NCBI GenBank assembly: GCA_001599295.1
Contig: BCGN01000007.1
Span: 1,291,791 to 1,328,185, forward strand
From: Sporopachydermia quercuum
Taxonomy: Eukaryota
Reading direction: 5' to 3'
DNA length: 36,395 nucleotides
This document shows positions 1 through 12,263 of this stretch, piece by piece. How positions within the stretch are numbered: position 1 is the first letter of the stretch; each line of letters opens with the position of its first letter. The notes beneath the pieces are model-generated. The model worked only from the letters and a program-made list of their open reading frames with translations, was not told where the DNA came from and did not search any database. The position numbers were made by a program, and so were the translations under genes.

Positions 1-1320
1 ACCGCCTCAAACAATCCTGCCAACCCCGCCAACCCCGCGAACCCTAACTACGGCTTATCCTACCCTGGAATGATGTACCCCGCCCCAGGGCCCCACCCGA
101 AAATCTCAATTACCCATTGGGACGACGAAAACACCGCCTGCTACCAAGTAGAAGTCAACGGAGTTACCGTTGCCCGCCGAGAAGACACAAACTTCATCAA
201 CGGAACAAAATTACTCAATGTGGCTAAAATGACCCGAGGAAGAAGGGACGGAATTCTAAAAGCGGAGAAAGTCAGGTACGTGGTTAAAGTAGGATCTATG
301 CATTTGAAAGGGGTTTGGATCCCTTTTGATAGGGCATATGATTTAGCAGTTAAAGAAGGAATTGCCAATGATTTACAGTTGCTATTTGCACCAGACATTA
401 AAACCTTATTAAATGCCCAGCAGCCAATACCCGCAATGGGATGGCACCCTGCACTTGGGTTCGGATTAGCCCCTCCCCCGCCAATGGGCGCCTATGATGG
501 ACTTGGCGGGTTATCTGATCCCAATATTAACCCTAATTTGACTAAAGAGGGTAAAAACGGAGTCGATTCTGTATTAGGAGCCGTTGGTGGCGTAATGCCA
601 AACACACCTGCGGGGTATTATAACCCATATAGAGCCCCTCCTCCTTATTACTCTTATTATCCCTACGGTTATATGATGCCCCCACCTCCACCTCCCCAAG
701 GCAATTCCGGTGCCCCAAATGTTAATACCGGCGCCCCAAATAACGGTCTTGGAACTCCTGGCGGAAGCGGCAACGCAGGTGGACCTGGCGGCTATCAAAT
801 ACCACCTATGCCCTATGGATATATGCCTAGCCCATATGGGATGACTGCGCCGCCAAATATGGGTTTAGGTTTGAACCCAAACAATAGCAATCAGAGTGGT
901 TCAAGCGTGTCTAGTAATAGTAAAAATCAAAGTAATAGTGGTAACACGAACACGAATAGTCAAGGCGGTAATGGCAGTACAAATACAAACAGTGGTAATT
1001 CAAGCACTAATAATCAAAGTGGTGGTAGTGGTACTAATGCCACGAACGCTAATAATAATTCAGCCACAAATACCCCTGCTACACCAACTTCTGTCTCAAA
1101 CGCTAACTCAACCTCTAATAGCTCTGCATCAGCAGCTTTCCCAGGACAAACTTTCCCAGTTCAATCCGGAGGTTTGTGGCCTACCGGAAGCGGAGACGGA
1201 GGGGTAAATGAGGGGGATAAGGTTGTAGATGTAAACAAACCTGAGGAGGACGGAGATGAAGTTGTTTTTACCACTGGGGATGAGACCGTTTATGGTCGAA
1301 GAAAGCGCAGTAAGAACTAA
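1..1320 (+). CDS. APSES-domain transcription factor (StuA/Efg1/Phd1/Sok2 family), probably 5'-partial
   Basis: Translation contains the APSES motif [73 protein letters not shown], followed by P/Y/G- and N/S-rich low-complexity regions. The frame is open from base 1 ([18 protein letters not shown]...), so the true start may lie upstream of the window; first ATG is at 70. Confidence 0.92.
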   Translation, partial: TASNNPANPANPANPNYGLSYPGMMYPAPGPHPKISITHWDDENTACYQVEVNGVTVARREDTNFINGTKLLNVAKMTRGRRDGILKAEKVRYVVKVGSMHLKGVWIPFDRAYDLAVKEGIANDLQLLFAPDIKTLLNAQQPIPAMGWHPALGFGLAPPPPMGAYDGLGGLSDPNINPNLTKEGKNGVDSVLGAVGGVMPNTPAGYYNPYRAPPPYYSYYPYGYMMPPPPPPQGNSGAPNVNTGAPNNGLGTPGGSGNAGGPGGYQIPPMPYGYMPSPYGMTAPPNMGLGLNPNNSNQSGSSVSSNSKNQSNSGNTNTNSQGGNGSTNTNSGNSSTNNQSGGSGTNATNANNNSATNTPATPTSVSNANSTSNSSASAAFPGQTFPVQSGGLWPTGSGDGGVNEGDKVVDVNKPEEDGDEVVFTTGDETVYGRRKRSKN

Positions 1321-1716
1321 CCGTTTTGGAGGGATATGTGATGGGTTTTGTGGTAGTTGATATATTAATGTTTTTTGTTATTTGTATAATGTATTTTAGC
1401 TAAATAAAGATTGGTTAGGCAGAAAATGCCGATATTTTATCAAACAAATGAAGTAGAATGCTGAGTTCTTTCGGTTGTAGGCAAATAGTGGACATACTGG
1501 CAAAGTGGCATGAAAAGCAAATAACTCTTNATGTATTAGAAGGTGCAAAAAAAATCAAATAAGAAAGTATATACGAAATTAGGCAACCATATACCGAGGC
1601 AACCAAAATAGCTTAATGAAACAAAAACAACAAAAGCCGGTTTCATCTAGGTTAAGTCATATAATTCTTGCCTTTCTTTACTTCAACTTGCTAAGGCATA
1701 TTACCTACTAAATTAC

Positions 1717-4700
1717 CTAATTACCTCCAACACTCCAAACTTCTCTCTCATCCTCATACAAATCACTAAACATTGCCTCAGAATCTCCACCTGCTTCAAT
1801 TCTTTCTCTCTCAACTGCCGCAAGTCTAATTGCAACTCTTTGTGTATATTCTTTAATACTTCTGACTTGAATTACCTTACCACAATTACTTGTGACAGTA
1901 GTAACTTTGCCTGAGTCACTAATTTCGTTTAGCCAGGTATTAAATGTAGACATACTTTCCTCGTCAACTAGATTAAACAAAGCAAGGTAAGCCTTTTCTG
2001 CCGCGAGTTTAATTGGAATGATATTTTCTCTGACACAGGTAAAAATAGCGATGCCTAAAACAGTTTTGTATGGGTATAATAAGGCAGAAATTTTTCTAGC
2101 AACGGTTCTAATGACAACTAAGGCCAGTCTTCTTGTATCAGGGGAATTACTACTAGGCATTTGCATTGCTTCGGCAAGCTTATCAATTAATAAGCTGATT
2201 GATTCCTTAGGTAAACTAGGCAAGTCACTTGCCTTTGCCTTATCATTATTCGTGGGCAAGGTAGTGTCATTATAATATTCACCACTGACACATAATAACA
2301 ACTTGCCAATTCCTAAAACACCATTATCACTGATGTAAATATCTTTGCTATCAACAGCCTTGATTAAATAATTGACCAAGTTATCGATTAAGTTATGTTG
2401 AATTATTTGCCTAGGTGAATATCTTAAAAATGAGTTTATGCCTATAATACCAAATAACTCATTTTCATTATTGAAGATCTTTGAGTCAATGATTTTCTCG
2501 GCCTCAGGCAAGGTCAAAGTGTTTGCTAATGTGCCTAAAAGTTTTGCGAATACAACTGCTGTGTTGCCTAGACCATTACTGCCCAAGCCATAATTGCCTA
2601 ATTCTGACTCAATCAAACCTAAAATCTGAACTTTAGATCCTTCGCTAATTTTATTACCCCCGCTACAATTCTTAACAACCACAAGTAAACCTTCCATCAT
2701 TGAAGCCCGCACGCCGCTATTCTCATTTCTGCATCCAGTGATTAATTCTGTAATCAACGAATCAACTTTAGGCAAGTACAAAACTAAATTGCCCAAAGAC
2801 TCAACTGCTCTTTGTCTCAGTGTCGTATCACTAACATCTCCAATTGCCTTTATATAAGTTCTTTGTAACTGAGGCATAAATGGTTTCAAATTTAACGGCA
2901 TTNTAACAAATAGAACATTCAAGGCGTAAATGATCGAACTTTTAACATGGCTAGGCACTCTTTCACCCACTGTCCTAATAAGCGGTCCGGCAATCGTAGG
3001 CACAATTGGCTTTAAGCCTACAACACTAGTCTTTGTGATTAAATCAGCCATACCAATTGCTGATAACTCTCTTGACTCAGGACTGCCATACATTAACCCT
3101 TGAACAAATATAGGCAATAAGGCAGTTGGCTTTGCCTTGCCTTCCTTGAACACAGAAAGCTCTTCCCCAGCAATACCAGTTAAATGTAATGCTTGTTGTA
3201 CCGGTTTGACCAATTTTTCCAATTGATCTTTTCCTTGGTTTTTAATTAGAGTGTCTAGGCAGAAATAGGCATATAAGGCAGTTTCTTCATCGTTTTCCCC
3301 TAAGCAAAGAACAGAAGTAGTGACACACTCTGTAAGGTACTGGGAATAATCAATTTGTGTCAATTTGAANAACTCTGAAGCATGTTGGAACATGATTTTG
3401 CGTTTTAAAGCAGATTCATTTTTGAGTAAGGCAAGGATAATCTGTAATGTAGTATGAGGGTTTGATTGAGACAAAAGTACTTGAATCAGAGCGTTAGAAG
3501 CCGCGTCAGAATCATCAGAAGCAGTTTCCGAAGAGGAATTGCCTAGACCAGTATCTTCTTTGCCTAAGCCACCATTGCCACCTAATGCCTGTATTAACAC
3601 ATTTACGATTGTACTAAATTTCCTCTCTAATGCATCACCAGCTACTTTTGCTAGTTTGCCCAAGGCAGTGGCTCTAACACTATCCATTGGTAATGCTAAT
3701 AAACTAGGCAAGATTATGGGCAATATAACTTCTGCCTTCGTGGCCATAATTTCTTGTAATGCTAATAATGCTCTTTCACTTTCATTGCCGAGGCCATTTC
3801 CACTAGTTCCCCGACTGCCTTCTAACATAAGTAACAACCCAGGCACAATTTCGTCCACAATATCATCACCTAACTCGGTTTGTAACGCTTCAAACGTTTG
3901 AGCACCCGCCTCCCGAACTGCGGGGGAGGGGTCAATTAGAGTTTCCTTAACTATACTAATTAATAAACTTTGGTACGCAACTAAATTTTCGGCATTTGTG
4001 CTCTCAATAAGCTCGGTAATGGCAACACACACACCTTGTTTGGTGTCACTATCTCCCGAAATCAAAGTTTCGGACAGTGTCGGGATCAGCAAATCTAAAA
4101 CATCTCCTACCCGCTTGACTATTTCGCCTAATGCAAGCGCACCAATGGTTCTAATTTCCTCATTTGGATCGGCTAGCTTTCTAACAAGGAAACTTATCAA
4201 ATCGGATAAGATTTCTTTTACCGTTTTAGGTGTGTTAGCAATTAAAGTTTTCCAGATGTCATTTGCTGCAAGCTTAACTGGACCAAAAGTGTCTGACCGG
4301 CAAATGAAGATCTCAGCCAGAACTTTATTCCGTTTTGTCGATCCCAATACTTCCAAAAGCAGCTTTTGAGGATTATTTCCGCTTCCGGTAACATTCCAGC
4401 TTGTTCCGTCACCATTTACATCAACCTCGGTTCCAGTTACCTGATACAATAAATCGCCAACAAGTTCCAAAGAGGAAAGCCGAATTCTTCCGTTTGTATC
4501 TGAGAGTCCCCGTTCCAATTCAGGAAGCAATAAATCAATCGACTTAGATGCATAGTTCTTAACGATGAATTTACCCGCTCTTAATGCCGTGTCCCGAACT
4601 TCGGGCTCCGGATCGGCTAATCCGGATAAAATAGGACCGATAGTCGAGCCAAGATAAGGTTGAAACGCAGTTCCAAAACACGCGGGCAAAAAGATCAAAA

Positions 4701-7700
4701 GAGGTAAAAACCCTTGCTTGACCCAACTGTTTTTGGATACACAGCCAGCTAAAATATCTGGAAGCAGCGATTCCAACCGAGAAATACCCAATCCGGATAC
4801 AACCTCGGCAAGCGCTTGTCCAGCACCGAGCCGATCGCCCGAGTTGTTCCGTGCTTTTAACGTGTCCATCAACGACGGAATTAATCGAGGGAATTGCTCC
4901 TCTCCGGCTTTTTCCACTAACAAACCAAGTGCTCTAGCCGCAGTTGCAGTAGTAGAGGCAACTGCATCGGAAATACAAGTTTGTAAATCAGCTACTAAAC
5001 CTGGTAAGTACGGAATAAGATCAGTTCCATCGACTAAAACAGCTAAATTTCCCACCAACTGACAAGCCTTTTTCCTAATTGAAGCATTTCGGTCCTTTAA
5101 TGCTCTTTGTACCACATAAATAATCATTGCCAGCGACGGAGCGTCAATATAATGAGCAAATTGAGTCTTACTAAGCGCAGCTAACGCTCCCTCGGTGTAT
5201 TTTGTAGGGTCTGAGATTGCTTGTACTAAAACTGGCACCAAAACCTTAATTTCAGGATTTCGGATTACCTCTCCAAACGACTGTAAACTCAAATTAGCGG
5301 CGGTTCGAACCTCTTTATGGGAATCGTTCAACACGCCCACAATTTCAGGTATAACTGAGGATAACGACGCCGAAAGTTGCAGAGGGTCTAAATAAGCCGT
5401 TGAACCAAGAAGCTGGACCGCTCCCTTTTTAGCTCTCCAAGCGGTTTGGTCTAAGTTTTGTATGGCAAGAGGAATCAGCCTAGAAACGCCGTAATGGGTA
5501 GTGTGTTTCATAATAAGCTTCGTTGTTTGTGAAGCAGCGGCTCGAACTTCGGCCGTAAAATCGCCTAATGCGGTTAAAAGCGTCGGAACAAGCTCCAGCA
5601 CATAAGGTTCAAAATAAGGGCCTAGCAGCTTAGAAAGGGTCTGAAAACAGAACTGAGCTCCTTCTCGTTTTTTAGCGTCTTTCTTATCATCAGCTGCATC
5701 TAAAAGCGCAGTAAAAATACCGAATTCGGCAAGAGCTCTAAGGCCACAGCCTTTCACTAATCCGGCAATTCCATAGGCTGCGCCACGCCGTTTAGCTGCA
5801 GTAGTTCCCGTATAAAGTTTTACGTACAGCGTGTCCAAATGGCCGGGAACGTCCTGGGAGATTGCAGACACTAAAACGGCAATACACTCCGCAATTGCCG
5901 TTTGTACTTTCTCCGAAGGAGAGTCCAGAGTGTGTAAAAGCCTGGTGATAATATGGTTTAGACGAGGGTCCGACGCGGCTAAATGTTTGGCCAATGAGCC
6001 GTAAATAATGATAGCCGAAAGCTTAATTTGGCTCGTGGCCGAGCCGAGCCCCATTTCCAGATTTGGAATGATTTGTTCTGTGTACTGAAAACCTTGTTTG
6101 TTTACAATTGCAACTGCTGCCTCTTGAATTTGTGTACAAACTTCAGGTTGAGGATCTGCCAGGCCAGGTCGCGATTGAGGGTCTGCCGCTGCGCCGTTTG
6201 CTGCGCTACCTTCGAGTGAGCCTAGTGCAAAGTTAAATAACGCCACAGTTTCGGATTCGGGTAATAAGTCCGCCAATCCAAGTTCCGTAAGCGCTAGCGC
6301 TACTCCATGGCGCCATTCCCAAGGGTCTCGGGGAGCTTTTGTACCTTTAATTTCTAATCCGTTCTCGTCTAAAAGAGGACCTCGGGACGCCTGTTTTTCT
6401 CTAAACAGGGCAATTAATCGAGAGTATAATTCCCCAATGGGGTAATCCTGAATCTGAGTCACTGCATCGGTAATACTAAGCGCCACTGCTCTTCTTAAAC
6501 CCTCGTTGGGGTTTCCTAAATAGGCAATCAGGTCCTGGGGGGCAGTAGGCGCCACCTTTAAGCTATTCTCAATCCAAACGTCCGTGGCTAAGTCGTTTAC
6601 GCTTTCGTCCAAACTGTGGCTTGCAATATAGATTTGGGGTACGAAATGTAAATAGGAAATGTCCAATTCCGCTTCAATTCCTTCTAAAATGGTCGTTTGT
6701 ACCATTTTCACAGGGGAAATTACCCCATTTAGTAATAATTCAATTTCTGATTTGGATAACTGCTCGGTAAAACTTCCCAAAAGCGTGAGAAAGCAATCCC
6801 GAGCCGATTTTGCCTTTGATCTAATCGAGAGTAAATGTAGTAAAGCAGGTAATGTTTTACTTCGCGCAACCCTATTTTCTGCTATTTCTGCACTGTGGAT
6901 GGTTAAGATGTCCAAAGAGAGTAATATCTGTTCCCCTTTGGGATCACTTTCGCCCGATGCTGAAGCAGCAGAATCAGTAGCTGAAAGTAACGGATAGGTC
7001 AAAAGTGGTAATAAGTAAACAAGCGATGGCTTGTCAAAGGGTCTATTCTCTGCTAAAATTCTGATTTTGAATAATAAGCGAGCCACTAAGTCGTCTAGGG
7101 GCTCAGCTGTCAATTCTTCCTGATTAGGCAAAGCTATGTCTATTTCAAGTAATCTCAAAATAGCCACGGCAACGAACTTTCTATACGATCCTAACCTTAA
7201 CTCTAAACATTGAGTAGTGATTTTGAGAAACGTGGCTACGGCAAAATTGCCCAAAAGAGACGAAATTCCGCTTTTGAGACCGTCGATTAAACTCTGCAGG
7301 GCCACCTCAAGCCAAAGTTCTGTTCCGTTTTCGGTAATTGCTGCTTGTTCCGCTAACGCGCCGATTATTGCCGTACCGCGGTTAACTCGAATATAAACGG
7401 CATTAATCTCAGCTCGGATTGAAGTTTCCTTAGCTAGTTGTTCCTTTTGCTTTAAGATTTCCTCTTTAGTAAGCTTCTTCCCCTTTGTAGCTCCTACCCC
7501 GCTTCCATTACCTGTTCGGCCCGCCTTTTTCTTAGCTAACTCCAACCTGAGATTCTCCTCCCATTTCCGGGTCTCGTAATCTTTTCCTGTGGTGTATTCG
7601 ACCTTCTTTACCCCGTTTTCCGACGGGTCAAAAGCTAATTGTCCCTCGGGCGTTTTCCAAATGCGGAGATTGTCTTCCGTTAAGGTATCCAGCCCGGCCA

Positions 7701-9894
7701 AACTCAGATCGCTTCGGACTAATTCGGCACACGCCCTGGTGAATGAATCGGGAACAATAAACGAGGCTGTGGCTATAGAGTTTTGGGCCCCTTCAAAGAG
7801 CAAAGCCTCCTGTGGCTTGGCAAGGATCTCGGCCAACGTCTCCAGAATCCTGTTTGTGTTGTCAGTAATTAAATCTTTTGGGTCTAGACCTCCGTGTTGA
7901 CACAGACCCGCCCAGCCGGTTTTAACAGAAATCCCTGGCAAATGACAGGCTAATAATGCATAAACATAATCGGCAGCACCGCCGTATTGGGAACTGCCTG
8001 GTTGTGGCTTAGCTAGTAAATAGAGAATAAAGTTGAACTGCTTAAGGGAATGATTGCCAGATACGGTAATAAGATCGGCAGTAAATACTTTGTATACCGC
8101 AGAAATAAGGTTGAACCCAAACCCTTGCCGGGACAATGTGGCGTAGCATGTTTGCACACCTTCAATTGCCATTTTGTAAACTTGTTGCGCCACCGATTTT
8201 CCCGTTAGTACCCAAATCCAAGCGTCGCTATATGCGGCAATGATTTCGGGGCTGATTTCAGAAGACTGTGGCTCAGCATAGACGAATTCGGCAACTGCCA
8301 CTAAAGCATGCAAAAACTCTAATTGGTCTCCAGCAGTAGTTAGTTTTGTATAAACTTTATTATTGAGTAAAAAAGAGCTGGTTGAGCCAATTGCGGAAAG
8401 TGCCAAATTAGATTTTTCTTCTTTAAGCCTGCCGACTCCTAAATGGGAGAGATATAATACTGAATAGGCAGCAGCCACGATCTTATTCTGAACCGCAGAA
8501 AGCGGATTTTCAGCCACAGTCTTCACAGTGGCATTTAATCCGGAATACACAGCATCANTTAATTCTATCCCAGCAGAACTGGAACCAGATTCAGAACTGG
8601 AGTCTACCCCGCTGATCAGCTTTTCTAAATTGGTAATCCAAACCTTACGCAAATTGAGCTTTTTCTCGGTTACTCCTTTGATGATCACCTCGCTTTCAAC
8701 GGGATACTGGTACAAAGTTGCAACAACCGTTTGTAGCACTTGTTCATTAGTCTCTTTCACTGCCACAATAGCTAGAGCCTCAGAAATCGCTTTTCCCGCT
8801 TTTCCGAGCCGAGACTTATATGGAACGTACCCAATAACCTCGGCAAAAAGCATTTTTTGTTCCACACCTGAAATGCGGGCCGCTTTCAATGGCGACACAA
8901 GCTCATATATAATCGGCTCTGCTTCTGAATCGGGAAGGAAATGTCGGCTTAGGAACACTTTTAGTGTTTGTCCCGCAGAGTGCCGCACCGACTCTTTACT
9001 GCTTTTCAGACATCCGATAAGGGTTCCAAAGGTTTTCCCCTCCATAAGATCAAATGAGGGTAGACTGCTAAATAAAGAAATTGCAGGGTAGCCTAAAACT
9101 ACTTCCGGTGCTCTTAATAGTGCTTTATTCAAAGCGGGGGCAATTAGGTTAATGAAATCGTCCCGTGTGACTAAATTCTGCAGCATTGGAGCAAAGGAAT
9201 GCACATAACCCGCAGGAGTTGTCTTGGCGTTGACAACAGAAGCCACATATAGTTGTATAAGCCGGGTTCTACTTTCATGTAAGGAGTCCCAGACGCTCGG
9301 AACGGAAGTTTGAATGCGGAGACAAGCGTCTACCAAACAACCGACGGAAGCAGGGGCAACTAGAGATAAGAAAATCGGGAAAGTGTCTGGATATTTCGTG
9401 AGGACGGAGCTAATAGCAGCACTTGTTTTTCTCAACCCCGCGTTCACGGGCCGAGAAGAGGGATCGTTCAGCTTGTCCAACAATGATGATTGTGCGCTTA
9501 TAATTAACTTCAAGTGATACACATTGATCTGAGACTCAGCGCATGCAGAAACTAGTAATACGTTTGCCCATTGTAATAATAGCAAAACATCCGTCTGCGC
9601 CACATTCCCTGCGGCGTCTGAAATTTCGGCAAATGCAGAAACAACCCGCCCAAACACTGGGCGTTTAGCATTAATCAATGCTTCTACCATGTCGGATGAC
9701 AGCCGGCGGGTGATTTTGTCTTCATAATGAGAATATAAGGAGAAAACAGTAGTAATAAGTATTACAGCTTCAGTATCAGATACCCCGCTATCTCGGAAGA
9801 GTCCCGCGATATGTCGGAATGCAGGTTCGCGACTTTTCCGAGACGGGTTCAGCAGTTTAAGCCGAATCTCATCAATGGACAATCGTTCCGTCAT
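1717..9894 (-). CDS. GCN1: Gcn1, HEAT-repeat activator of the eIF2alpha kinase Gcn2
   Basis: Intronless ORF of about 2725 aa from the ATG at 9894. Gcn1 motifs include RRGAAYGIAGLVKG, FEPYV, WRAKKGAVQLLGS, DSHKEVR, IAGPLIRTVGER, LKPFMPQLQRT and PIKLAAE. Confidence 0.96.
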   Translation of the reverse strand: MTERLSIDEIRLKLLNPSRKSREPAFRHIAGLFRDSGVSDTEAVILITTVFSLYSHYEDKITRRLSSDMVEALINAKRPVFGRVVSAFAEISDAAGNVAQTDVLLLLQWANVLLVSACAESQINVYHLKLIISAQSSLLDKLNDPSSRPVNAGLRKTSAAISSVLTKYPDTFPIFLSLVAPASVGCLVDACLRIQTSVPSVWDSLHESRTRLIQLYVASVVNAKTTPAGYVHSFAPMLQNLVTRDDFINLIAPALNKALLRAPEVVLGYPAISLFSSLPSFDLMEGKTFGTLIGCLKSSKESVRHSAGQTLKVFLSRHFLPDSEAEPIIYELVSPLKAARISGVEQKMLFAEVIGYVPYKSRLGKAGKAISEALAIVAVKETNEQVLQTVVATLYQYPVESEVIIKGVTEKKLNLRKVWITNLEKLISGVDSSSESGSSSAGIELXDAVYSGLNATVKTVAENPLSAVQNKIVAAAYSVLYLSHLGVGRLKEEKSNLALSAIGSTSSFLLNNKVYTKLTTAGDQLEFLHALVAVAEFVYAEPQSSEISPEIIAAYSDAWIWVLTGKSVAQQVYKMAIEGVQTCYATLSRQGFGFNLISAVYKVFTADLITVSGNHSLKQFNFILYLLAKPQPGSSQYGGAADYVYALLACHLPGISVKTGWAGLCQHGGLDPKDLITDNTNRILETLAEILAKPQEALLFEGAQNSIATASFIVPDSFTRACAELVRSDLSLAGLDTLTEDNLRIWKTPEGQLAFDPSENGVKKVEYTTGKDYETRKWEENLRLELAKKKAGRTGNGSGVGATKGKKLTKEEILKQKEQLAKETSIRAEINAVYIRVNRGTAIIGALAEQAAITENGTELWLEVALQSLIDGLKSGISSLLGNFAVATFLKITTQCLELRLGSYRKFVAVAILRLLEIDIALPNQEELTAEPLDDLVARLLFKIRILAENRPFDKPSLVYLLPLLTYPLLSATDSAASASGESDPKGEQILLSLDILTIHSAEIAENRVARSKTLPALLHLLSIRSKAKSARDCFLTLLGSFTEQLSKSEIELLLNGVISPVKMVQTTILEGIEAELDISYLHFVPQIYIASHSLDESVNDLATDVWIENSLKVAPTAPQDLIAYLGNPNEGLRRAVALSITDAVTQIQDYPIGELYSRLIALFREKQASRGPLLDENGLEIKGTKAPRDPWEWRHGVALALTELGLADLLPESETVALFNFALGSLEGSAANGAAADPQSRPGLADPQPEVCTQIQEAAVAIVNKQGFQYTEQIIPNLEMGLGSATSQIKLSAIIIYGSLAKHLAASDPRLNHIITRLLHTLDSPSEKVQTAIAECIAVLVSAISQDVPGHLDTLYVKLYTGTTAAKRRGAAYGIAGLVKGCGLRALAEFGIFTALLDAADDKKDAKKREGAQFCFQTLSKLLGPYFEPYVLELVPTLLTALGDFTAEVRAAASQTTKLIMKHTTHYGVSRLIPLAIQNLDQTAWRAKKGAVQLLGSTAYLDPLQLSASLSSVIPEIVGVLNDSHKEVRTAANLSLQSFGEVIRNPEIKVLVPVLVQAISDPTKYTEGALAALSKTQFAHYIDAPSLAMIIYVVQRALKDRNASIRKKACQLVGNLAVLVDGTDLIPYLPGLVADLQTCISDAVASTTATAARALGLLVEKAGEEQFPRLIPSLMDTLKARNNSGDRLGAGQALAEVVSGLGISRLESLLPDILAGCVSKNSWVKQGFLPLLIFLPACFGTAFQPYLGSTIGPILSGLADPEPEVRDTALRAGKFIVKNYASKSIDLLLPELERGLSDTNGRIRLSSLELVGDLLYQVTGTEVDVNGDGTSWNVTGSGNNPQKLLLEVLGSTKRNKVLAEIFICRSDTFGPVKLAANDIWKTLIANTPKTVKEILSDLISFLVRKLADPNEEIRTIGALALGEIVKRVGDVLDLLIPTLSETLISGDSDTKQGVCVAITELIESTNAENLVAYQSLLISIVKETLIDPSPAVREAGAQTFEALQTELGDDIVDEIVPGLLLMLEGSRGTSGNGLGNESERALLALQEIMATKAEVILPIILPSLLALPMDSVRATALGKLAKVAGDALERKFSTIVNVLIQALGGNGGLGKEDTGLGNSSSETASDDSDAASNALIQVLLSQSNPHTTLQIILALLKNESALKRKIMFQHASEXFKLTQIDYSQYLTECVTTSVLCLGENDEETALYAYFCLDTLIKNQGKDQLEKLVKPVQQALHLTGIAGEELSVFKEGKAKPTALLPIFVQGLMYGSPESRELSAIGMADLITKTSVVGLKPIVPTIAGPLIRTVGERVPSHVKSSIIYALNVLFVXMPLNLKPFMPQLQRTYIKAIGDVSDTTLRQRAVESLGNLVLYLPKVDSLITELITGCRNENSGVRASMMEGLLVVVKNCSGGNKISEGSKVQILGLIESELGNYGLGSNGLGNTAVVFAKLLGTLANTLTLPEAEKIIDSKIFNNENELFGIIGINSFLRYSPRQIIQHNLIDNLVNYLIKAVDSKDIYISDNGVLGIGKLLLCVSGEYYNDTTLPTNNDKAKASDLPSLPKESISLLIDKLAEAMQMPSSNSPDTRRLALVVIRTVARKISALLYPYKTVLGIAIFTCVRENIIPIKLAAEKAYLALFNLVDEESMSTFNTWLNEISDSGKVTTVTSNCGKVIQVRSIKEYTQRVAIRLAAVERERIEAGGDSEAMFSDLYEDEREVWSVGGN

Positions 9895-10343
9895 TCTGAG
9901 CAGGAAAAGACCAAATCTGGACACTTGTGCCGGTATTGTGATAATGCAAATGTACTGACGGTTCGAATGTTTCGGAATATATCATAAGCGATGGTATTTG
10001 TAAGAGTTTTCAAAAGAAATGGGCGTGCTTTTTCCATCACACATGAAGAATGCTTTATTTATGGTTTATTGATATTTCATACAATGGCACAAATTTTTCA
10101 GTACTGTGGTTTTTGTCTCGAGAGTCTCCTCTTTTTCTCGCTGGAAAGTTTGAGAGGAGACTTACAATTGGGAATCTCGGAAGGGTAATGTTTGTAAATG
10201 TAAGGGATGTACCGGAGATAATTGTAATATCATTGATTCCGATATTCTTTACAAATGAGGTTGGCAATACTTTCCCCAATCAATGATACTTACTTGCATA
10301 TTGTTTGTATTCAATGAGCTTAGCAGTATTTAAAGGAATACTT

Positions 10344-10666
10344 TGAAAATTTTGACACAGAATTGGCTTTTTATCTATTCAGCTGCTTCCCATGCTACAA
10401 AAATAAATGGAACATCATGGCACTGTGGTACACAAGTATTATATTTGTCTCGGACTGCCCATATCAACATCGTGTCTCACGTCCACTTACTGAAAGCCTC
10501 ACATACTAGATGTCACATGACTTTGTCATGCAAAATTTTCCAAATAAAAAGCCATTTCCTCCAGATGGTTTCACTTTTCTTTTCAAGAACACCAAAAATT
10601 ATGTGACAGTACGCGCAAGTACTTCGGTTTTGTTTTCTTTCCTTATCAACTAAAACAATCGATGAG
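10344..10666. promoter_or_regulatory. Candidate GCN1 promoter motifs: RRPE-like TGAAAATTTT (10344-10353), bHLH/Cbf1-type GTCACATGAC (10512-10521), PAC-like CGATGAG (10660-10666)
   Basis: Motif matches 450-770 bp upstream of the GCN1 ATG. RRPE and PAC are typical of ribosome/translation regulons in yeasts. These are short motifs, so chance matches are possible. Confidence 0.3.
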
Positions 10667-12263
10667 GAATGACATAGAAAACAGAAGGAGCTTTGTGTTC
10701 CCCTCGGCTTTCAGGCTGGGAGATGTAGAGGTATGCTGGTCTCACCACCTTTAAGCATATGGATGACAATCTGAGGTTGTTTTAAAGGTTGATCAACGGT
10801 AGTTGGGCAGAGAAGAAGAAGATAAACAGTTAAACATTATATATTATGATTGAGCGAGAACTAGATAGATAAAAGAAGTGTAGGAAGTAGGCAAGCAATA
10901 GTTGTTATATGTTGGATTCAGGGCAATTGATGAGCTAATTATTCACATTTTTGCCAAGGCATTGTAATACTCTGTCCTACTTACATCCACATTTTTAACC
11001 ATTCTTTAATGTAAATTTGTTCTCATCATAGAGGAGGCCGAGGAAAATTATCAAAGATTGTGTAATTGTCATCGGCTTATGTCTAAGCAATGCAGTCCTG
11101 TACCTGAATATCTTCACGGTTGTTTCATGGAGGTTTTACTTTCGTCTGATCGAAAATACTACTGAATAATTGTTATACAGCGCTGAATAGTATTCTACAT
11201 GTTTATTCCAAGTATAAGTATGATTATCTTAGGGCAGACAAGAAAACCGTCTCTTGTCAATTGACTATATTCTACCACTTACCTAACTACTTTGCCTTAA
11301 ACTGGAAAGCATTGAGGACTTTGTCTGGGCAAATCAAACACTACAAAATACTGCCAAATAATGATCGCTTCTTGTCTAATAAGTTAAGTCTAATTGGTAA
11401 TAGTATTGAATCCCTCTCCTACGATGCTAACTGACAAGTCGAATAACCTAGGAAGACATGGGACAAATAGATTCACTACTTGGTCTTTGACAAGAGTATC
11501 ATATTTTTGATAAGAGTATCAAATTAGCGAATCAAACAGGTACAGTCCAGACAAGCTAAAAGAAAAAAATTAGCTGTCTAGCCTTCCAAGATAAGGCTGG
11601 ATTGCAGGGAGGACAGGGCGGTAAATGTTGAGTTTTGTGATGGATCCAGATTGAATGAGCCATGCAGTGTATTACTTCAATGAGCGAGTTGAACGTACAA
11701 TCTCACTTGAGAAGGTACACATTCCTATGCATCGTATCTTCCAAGTATTGCCATCTTGTTGACCACCTATTCGTCATTCATGTCGTATATCAACAGTATT
11801 ATGTTCAATTGTTACCTTTGTTTTCCTCTCGCGCCCAAACCATGCATAAGCATTGCTGTGTTACATATGCATGATATATGTAATATTCATGCATGTCCTG
11901 TACCCCTTTTTTGACATATTCCTTTTCTCCATCTAGTGAATTTACTTTTTATCTGGACATAAAATATTCCGAAAATCAACTAACAGGATAAGGAGAGTTC
12001 AGATATCAAGAGAAGCAAACACTATTAGGAGAATATTTGAAGATTGAAATGAAAAAATAGTCGTTGGAAGAGTTTACATATATAGTAGTCACTTTTGTCA
12101 ATTTTTTTCGATTACCCGTATTATGTTATAGGGTCAGGTCATGCGATGTTACTGTGATATCACAGGATCACTTTCAGGCACAATTCTTATCTACTAGTGA
12201 CATTTATATACCATAAAAACTTGTTTATAAGACATTAAACACTAAAACCGACCATAGGACATA

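Noticed and set aside
2018..9517. Numerous antisense ORFs over GCN1, and likewise over the exchanger, PRP39, CWC2 and PRP28
   Set aside because: Shadow frames of long real genes with no independent protein features.
10798..10807. GGTAGTTGGG, a 10-nt match to the telomere repeat, as a possible telomerase RNA template
   Set aside because: Shorter than one 11-nt unit, and a template needs more than one full unit. The 25857-25935 motifs are also imperfect, so no TER is called.
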